Below are positions 57,277 through 64,000 of a DNA stretch of 64,000 bases, in pieces. Positions within the stretch are counted from its first letter, which is position 1, and each line of letters opens with the position of its first letter. A program made the translations under genes and the position numbers. This DNA comes from the human T2T-CHM13v2.0 reference genome, Homo sapiens, in assembly GCF_009914755.1 (NCBI RefSeq), contig NC_060931.1; one strand, given 5' to 3'. The notes beneath the pieces are model-generated. The model was not told the DNA's origin. It did not search any database and worked only from the letters and a program-made list of their open reading frames with translations.

Positions 57277-59079
57277 TTAATCCCCCTTGACAACTCCTGG
57301 ATGGCAAGATAGTTACAGATAAATGCTCCTCAGAACTGTGCCATTCTAGTGTGACAAATATAATCAAATATCTATATTAGGATGTGTTAATAATTATCTA
57401 AACTTTATACTTTAAGAAGTCCCCAGATTCAACAAATGAATGGACTTCTGTTTTCTTTTTTAATTAAAGTTACAGCTGGGAAGGTCAAATTGGTTCTCTT
57501 TTATACAGGTTAGAGATTTTCCCTATCAGTTTCCATGAGGAGCATGTTGAGAAGTTCTAGCTGTAGACCTGCATGACCTCTTCAGGTACCCGAAGAATAA
57601 CCCAAAGAAAGCTGGAAGCAGCTTTCTCCCTTGTTGTTCTAAACCAGGCTTGACTCATATACTTACGGAGACAGCCGAATGGGGTCTTTGAAATAAGGAA
57701 AGACCAGTAAGCCCTGTGGTGGGTGGTTGTAGTACTCAAGGAGCCCAGTTTGGGCTTCATCTTTTCTTTCTAGTGCTCTTAGTGGTTTTTGAAGTTCCTA
57801 ATTTCCTGGTCTAAAAATATAGATGCTACTAATGTCTTCGGTCAGTGAAAAACTAAGATTAGGGTCAATAATAGCAACTAAATAGTAATAATAAGCACCA
57901 CTTCACATGAAAGAGAACATTGCATTATTCAAAACACGTTTAAAAACATCATTTTATAAGATCTGTTTAAGTATTTATTGTAGGGATCTATATATTCTCA
58001 CATACACCATCGTTGACCATGTGCCAAACTCTCTGTTAGGGCTTTTCAAGGCTTTATCTTCTCAAGCAGGTGTCATTGTTTTACAGATAAGAAAAATGAG
58101 GCATAAGTGATGGAGCTGAGATATAAGTTGTGTCTTAGGATTCCAGAATCTGGGCCCTCTTCCCATGCCGTGCTGCTTCCCCGTACGTCAGTGTGAGTTG
58201 GGATAAGCCTAGCAGTGCCATTCAGGAGCTCATGCTGTCATCCCCTCTGTGTCTCACCTACTTGTGCTGCAAGAGACCTGGATCCTGTTTATCTATCCAC
58301 CCTCACCCCCACCCAAACAATTGCACTAACTCCTAAAAATTCAAACATGGCGGTTTCTCAAGAAACATGGAACGAATAAAATTTGGGTCTACTAACAACT
58401 TAGATTGTACAGGCTCTTCTGAAGTGGGACTTTTTTCTTATTTTAGCCTGGAATGCAGTTATCCAAGGTGAGAAGGGAAGGGCTATATACAAGGTATATA
58501 TTTTAACTCTTACAGATGGGTAGCAAAGTCAGCCCATGATTAATTAGGGATGTAGGCTACACCAGTCGGTGGACTTAGCATGAACCATATTTGGACACAG
58601 AACTCAGTCTTCCTTTAAGTGTCTGTATATGTGTAAACATTTAATATTTTATTAAATCATAGACTCCCTGAAAGCATCCCATGCCTAGCATGTACTTGAC
58701 ACATACGGCCCTGTAAATATTAGTGTTATACCCAGAAGTTGCTTTATTGGTTATCCAAGTCTCATAAAGGAGAAGGGCCTTGCCTCTGTCACTCAGAAAG
58801 CACAGGAAGAGCAGGGCTGGAGCAGAGGAATTTCTTCTGAGCTTCCAGTCCAGAGCCTCATGAACCCCATATGGTCCCTGCAGACCATTTTCTTCCTACG
58901 ACCCCACACAGGAGAAGGGGCCATGGTTCCATGGTGGCTCCTGCACTGCACCCTCTAAGGTAGTTTTGTTCTGAGTTATAATTCGCCCCCTCAAGAACCC
59001 TCTTGTCCATCCCCAGACACTGATTCTCACCCTGACAGAGGTCTGGGTCCATCAGGGCCACAGGGCCTTTTCTTTTTTA

Positions 59080-59600
59080 ACAGCAAATGCTGCGTGGGCT
59101 GTTCCTGCAGCCTAAATGATAGTAAATACCTGAAGCAGCCATGTCCATGTTAAAGATTATGTATTTGCCACTAAGGGGAGAATATAGTGTTTATCGGCCG
59201 GAGTGCGTGCCGGCTGAGCTGATTACGGCACAACACTCTGTCAGCCAATGATTTGTCCTGTCCTTTATCATCTGTGTCACTCAGCAGTGTGCTGGCGAAG
59301 GGAACGGATCACCCCCTTCCCTTTTTTTGTACCCATTTTGTGTAGAAAATTTGTATTTACTTTGGGAGTGTAATTTGTTCCTCATGGATAATGTGACCCT
59401 GAGCGGAGCTGGATCATGGGTTAGTTGAAGTGATATTTTCCGCTAATGGTAGTCGTACATCATTGCTGTCAGCTCGGGTTAGGAGGCAAGCACATTACAG
59501 CTCCATTTTACCTCTGCAGGCATCTGGGATTATTTGCCATAACCGAGTATGACATGACCGCACTACAGAGTGCATTAAAATTTTACTGGCTTCTCAGGCA
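59080..59600. promoter_or_regulatory. Candidate enhancer
   Basis: Repeat-free, about 14 CpG, TGATTA/CTGTCA/CCAAT motifs. Confidence 0.45.
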
Positions 59601-60089
59601 AGTTCCCCAGCTCCAGTGTGTGCTTCAGGCAGGCGGTCTGATGGGGAGTCCAAGGGCCCTGACTTCCTGCTCAGAGGTGCTGCGGGCAGTGGCCTAAGCA
59701 GGGGCTACTCTCTCCTTGCCCTGAGAAAGAAGCAGGGAAAGACTCTGTGGGGAGCCACCCAGGGGATGTTTATGTCTCTATACGTCCCGGACTGGCAAGT
59801 GACTAGCTGCCTTGTGTACATAACCAGGTGCCGCCCACAGTGGCTGCTGCCATCTGCTCTCTCTCCTTGATGACTTCAGCCCCCAGGGTGGATTAGGCAA
59901 AAACTCCTTCTCTAAGGAGAGCCCAGGGTAAGTGCAAGTCTCTGCCAAGCCTTGGGCTGATTTGTATTGTTCTTGTCTGCCTACGTTCAGACTGAAGAAA
60001 GGAGGCGTAAGTCCTCATTATGGCAGAACCCACGTCCAGCCATGTAGCTGGACTGAGCCTGATAGAGTCTCATCAACCCAGTTAGAAAT

Positions 60090-60500
60090 GTTTGCCAAGG
60101 TGTTTTACACATTATCTTATACAGTCCTCACACCAACCCAATGGAGTGTAGGCGTGATTACCTCCATTCTACTTATAAGGAAACTGAGGTTCAAAGGTTC
60201 TGTAACTTACATTATACAGCTAATGGTAGCAGAAATAGCCTTCTGACTTCAAATTCTATATGGTTTCTAGTGTTCAGTGCTACAGAGAGATAAAGAAGTA
60301 ACTATTGTTTAAATAGTGCTTAGATGTGCTATACATATGTTGACTTGTTTAGTCTTCAGTACAATCCTAATAGGTAGGTGCTAATATTATCCCCCATTTA
60401 CAGAGGTGGGAACTGAATCACAGAGGTATTACCGAACATGCCCAGTCTTGCTCCTGGTTAATGGCAGAGGCAGGTTTCAAACCCAGGTCAGTGTGGCAGT
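60090..60500 (-). mobile_element. Two adjacent MIR fragments
   Basis: ataaggaaactgaggttca; taggtgctaatattatcccccatttacagagg. Confidence 0.7.
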
Positions 60501-61899
60501 GCTCTTAGCCGCTAAGCTGGACTCTCCCACATGCCACATTCCAATAAGCCTGAGAGCTGATAGGAAAAGACCAGTGAAAACTGTAATACGTTGGAATACA
60601 AGGAAATGTTCAAAGAGTATTTTATCACTTTCTGTTGTAACTCTAACATCCAACAAAATATCACTCAAAGAAGATGTTTTGTGATGAGCTTTAATTAATT
60701 AATAAGTCCCATTTGCAGTTAGCACATTACTTGCATGCAAATGATGCTTCTAAGGTGCTTGAAAGGTATTTATTTTGATAGGTTAAGACTAAGCAGTCAC
60801 TCTGGCAAATGCTTTATTCTTTTATATTCTTATTGGAAAGGCTGTAATAAACTTATGTTGAATCATGTTCTTTAAAAGGACAATTTAAGGTTGTCTCCCA
60901 GTAATTAGTGGGATATGGATGAGGGCCCATAGGCTGCCATATAGAATAAAATGACTGCAGATTCCATATTGGTGGATTCCGAATGCTGGACACTTGAATG
61001 TACTCTCGTGCCTACAGTGTGGACATGACTTTTTGTTCTGACACGGAAATACCCCTTTTTACCTCTCTAGCCGCCTCATCGCTTTCTATTCCAAGCTTGA
61101 AATGTTACCCCTCCTGGACAGAATGGACAAGCCATTCTTACCATCACCTGTGTACATGATAGGGTTGTAATTCATGAATTTATTCAATAAGCCAGACATA
61201 AAGTGAGTTGTACCTTCAGGGCAGTTTTTTAAATGCTGCAACAGAAGAGCCATAGATAAGCATGGCTTTTCTCACTGAGAAATTTAAAATTAAGTTAGCA
61301 CACTAAGAATTGTCCTCCCTGCCCCCGCTCCCCTCCTTGGGCTCACAAGCACACACATTGATCTTCCCTGCTAGATTACCATAGGTCCAGGGGATTGACC
61401 TTAGTTTCTCCTCTAGCCTTAGATCCAATCACTCAAGTAGTAAAGAATAAGAACAAAAGTATTGATCCAGTCATGGAAAAGTAATTATTTCTCTCAGATG
61501 GTCGTTTAGAATGCAGCAATAATTTTAAATAATGTATTCCTCAGAGACAGCATGACAACATATGTGGATTATTTAGTTGGTGCGTTTAAGTAAGTTACAC
61601 TTGCACCCTCACCCCTTTACTGGACGTCCAATGCTGTGCAAGGAGGCCTACTTTAAGAAGAGCAGACATTGAGAAAAATCAGAGTTTACCCAACAAATCA
61701 ATTACCAAGCAATTGTTCATTATAAAGGGGCTTATCCATTTTCTGTAGCTGGACAAAATAATGGACCTCCACATGCTCACATGCTTACAGTGCAACTCCA
61801 CCCTTCCGTATGAAGAGACTTCATGAAGTCATTGGATCCTTTTGAAACTCTTAAGTTGTAACAGCTTTGACTGTGTTTATGTTAATAGAGTTACCTTTT

Positions 61900-62330
61900 A
61901 AAGACTCTTTTTGTTTCAAATAACATACATTAAACTAACAAATAATGAAATGTTTAGGCTTTTGGAATTTAAATGTGTTAAAATAACCAAACCATCAGAA
62001 GGGCAGAGCCAGGCAACTGGATATCAGAAACAGTGAGCAGAGGGCTAAATGCCCTCCTTGCTTTGTCTCTACTTATTTTTGCCCGTCCACTTGAATCTTG
62101 ATAATTTCGGAGACTTCGTTTCTCCTTTTGGTAGAAATCATGACCCATCCACTTTTCAGTTTTAGCTACAGGCAGAGAGACTGTCTCTCCTTTTCCACTG
62201 CCATTGCTAAGATCCAAGGGAGAGATTCTGACTGGCTGAGATTAGCTCAGGAAAGGATTGTGGGTTGGTGTAACTTAAGCCAGGTGCTTACACCTGGATT
62301 GGTCAGTTATGGGTAGAGAGACGGGACCAT
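61900..62330. mobile_element. MLT1-like LTR remnant
   Basis: gactctttttgtttcaaataaca...gagagattctgactggctgag. Confidence 0.45.
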
Positions 62331-63017
62331 GTTGTCCAAATGTGCTTCTCTAGAGGTGCCTCTGTACATGGTGCTGGAGTCAGTAGAGAACCCAGAAAGT
62401 TAGGAGTTGGGCCTGCAGCAGTGGGTTCTAGGAAGCAAAACCTAATCTTCCTGCCATTTGGATGAGGCACTACTTACAGGCATAAATTCTTGACAGCCAT
62501 AGAAGCTGCCTGGGTCATCCAAAGTTGACACTTTATAGTGATCACAAAATCTCAAATATGGATACGTATTTACAATTATGTATAATAATTGCCTAAATAT
62601 TCATAGAGTCATTTTAAGTGCTATTCACAGATTAGTTCTATCTTGCTTAAGCTATTAAAAGCCATAGAAATACACAGGATTTTGTAGAGTGAGAGTTCAT
62701 GTGTACATGCACTTAGAAAAGTCCAGAATTTATTAATATTTTAAGTACACCTATAGTAACTAATGAATTACTCCCCTGCCCCACCCAAGTATAAGACAGC
62801 CACCTTGAGAGACACAAAGATCTCAAGGAATGTCAATTAGTAAATTACATATCTAGGGTACAAAATGAAACTTCTTTGTCCAAAGGGATTGTGGTCAACC
62901 TGGAGAATCCAATTTGCATGCCATGCAGTACTACTTAAACTTCAGCAGGCAGCCTTCCTGAAGTGATGTTCCTAAGACTAGAAAATAGTAACTCACTCAT
63001 AGCTTCTTTCACTCATG

Positions 63018-64000
63018 TTTCATTCAACAAATTTAATCCTCACTTGTATGCTAAGCCAAGCACTGTCATGGGAACTAGGGATGGGAAGAAGACAAAGACA
63101 TAGAAAACCTTCAGGGAAATATGGCCTAATTGAAGGGAAAGCTGAGGTACCTAGATGAATTACAAGACCCCGTAGCGTATGCTGTTTCTGAGGAATGGCA
63201 TGATGTCTGAATGCAAAAAACTGAGCCATACTCTGTAAGGGAGGAAGCAATTGAGTTAGATCTTGCTGCAGCACATGGAATAGATGTTACTAGGTAGCAA
63301 GAATGGGGTAGATCACAGGCAAAGGGGATATCATTTGCAAATAACAGAGTTAGGAAAGGCTTAGCATGTGGAGAGAAGCATGAAAACTTCTGTTTGTTTG
63401 GTCAGGGTCCATGGCAGTGTTGGGGGGAAGATGAGACTGTAAACATATGTTGGTATACACAGTTCCATAAAAACAGGCCTTGCACGGCAAGATGAGAGTT
63501 TGGACTTGATCCAGATGGAAGCCACTGGGTACCTTATATAGGTGAATGACACATCAGAATTGACATTTTGGAGGAGGATTCAGGCAGTGGCATGAAGGAT
63601 GGAGTGAAAGGGGGTGAAAGTTGTCATAATGGGGGATTTGAGAGGTGATAGAGATCTCAACCAAACTAATGTGGAAAGAAGGAGTCTGATTTTAGAGGCA
63701 TTTCTGAAGTGATGATTTTGTGACCACTGGGAAGGGGGGTCAAGGGAGGAATCGTGGATGACTCAGGTTTCAAGTCAGGCTGACTGGGTCAGTATTGATG
63801 ATGCCATCAATCACACAGCGAAAGTGGGGGGATGGAGAAAATAGGAGCTCAGGGAGGGGCTTTCAGGACCTTCAGCTGGATGAGGTCAGAAGAGAGTACA
63901 TATTGATGATGCAGGAGTGATCCCAATTTTAGTTCAGTGTCTGGGAGACAAAACTACCTTAGTAGCAGAGATGGAGCTATAGGGGAATGAGTGGGAGGCC
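63018..64000 (-). mobile_element. L2 (antisense)
   Basis: ttcattcaacaaattta...ctaagccaagcactg; gagtttggacttgatccag..ggaagccactg; gatgactcaggttt. Confidence 0.8.

Noticed and set aside
59163-59182. CTCF-like TTGCCACTAAGGGGAG
   Set aside because: Mismatches at key core positions; cannot be called.

Overview
Human genomic DNA (Alu/L1/L2/MIR/MER5/MLT repeats, including an AluYa5-lineage insertion). The window lies almost entirely in introns of AUTS2 (7q11.22, + strand). The anchor is a 30-nt exon at 48608-48637, missed by the ORF track. It has a textbook branch point, acceptor and donor, and encodes [10 protein letters not shown], matching the AUTS2 protein as I recall it (...[25 protein letters not shown]..., exon 5). 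So 1-48607 is the 3' end of intron 4 and 48638-64000 is the start of intron 5. Nearly all listed ORFs are Alu/L1-derived or chance; the exception is a fossil hAT (Ac/ZBED-type) transposase fragment at about 41.5-41.8 kb. I see no evidence of a wholly new biological system. The best leads are: (i) possible splicing control around exon 5 (a candidate poison exon 431 nt downstream, a G-tract/C-tract stem bracketing the exon, flanking inverted Alus); (ii) the old transposase fossil next to a motif-rich element; (iii) local templated insertions with template-switch junctions; (iv) several repeat-free, CpG-retaining, homeodomain-motif-rich blocks that look like developmental enhancers. Repeat boundaries and subfamilies were read by eye and are approximate.
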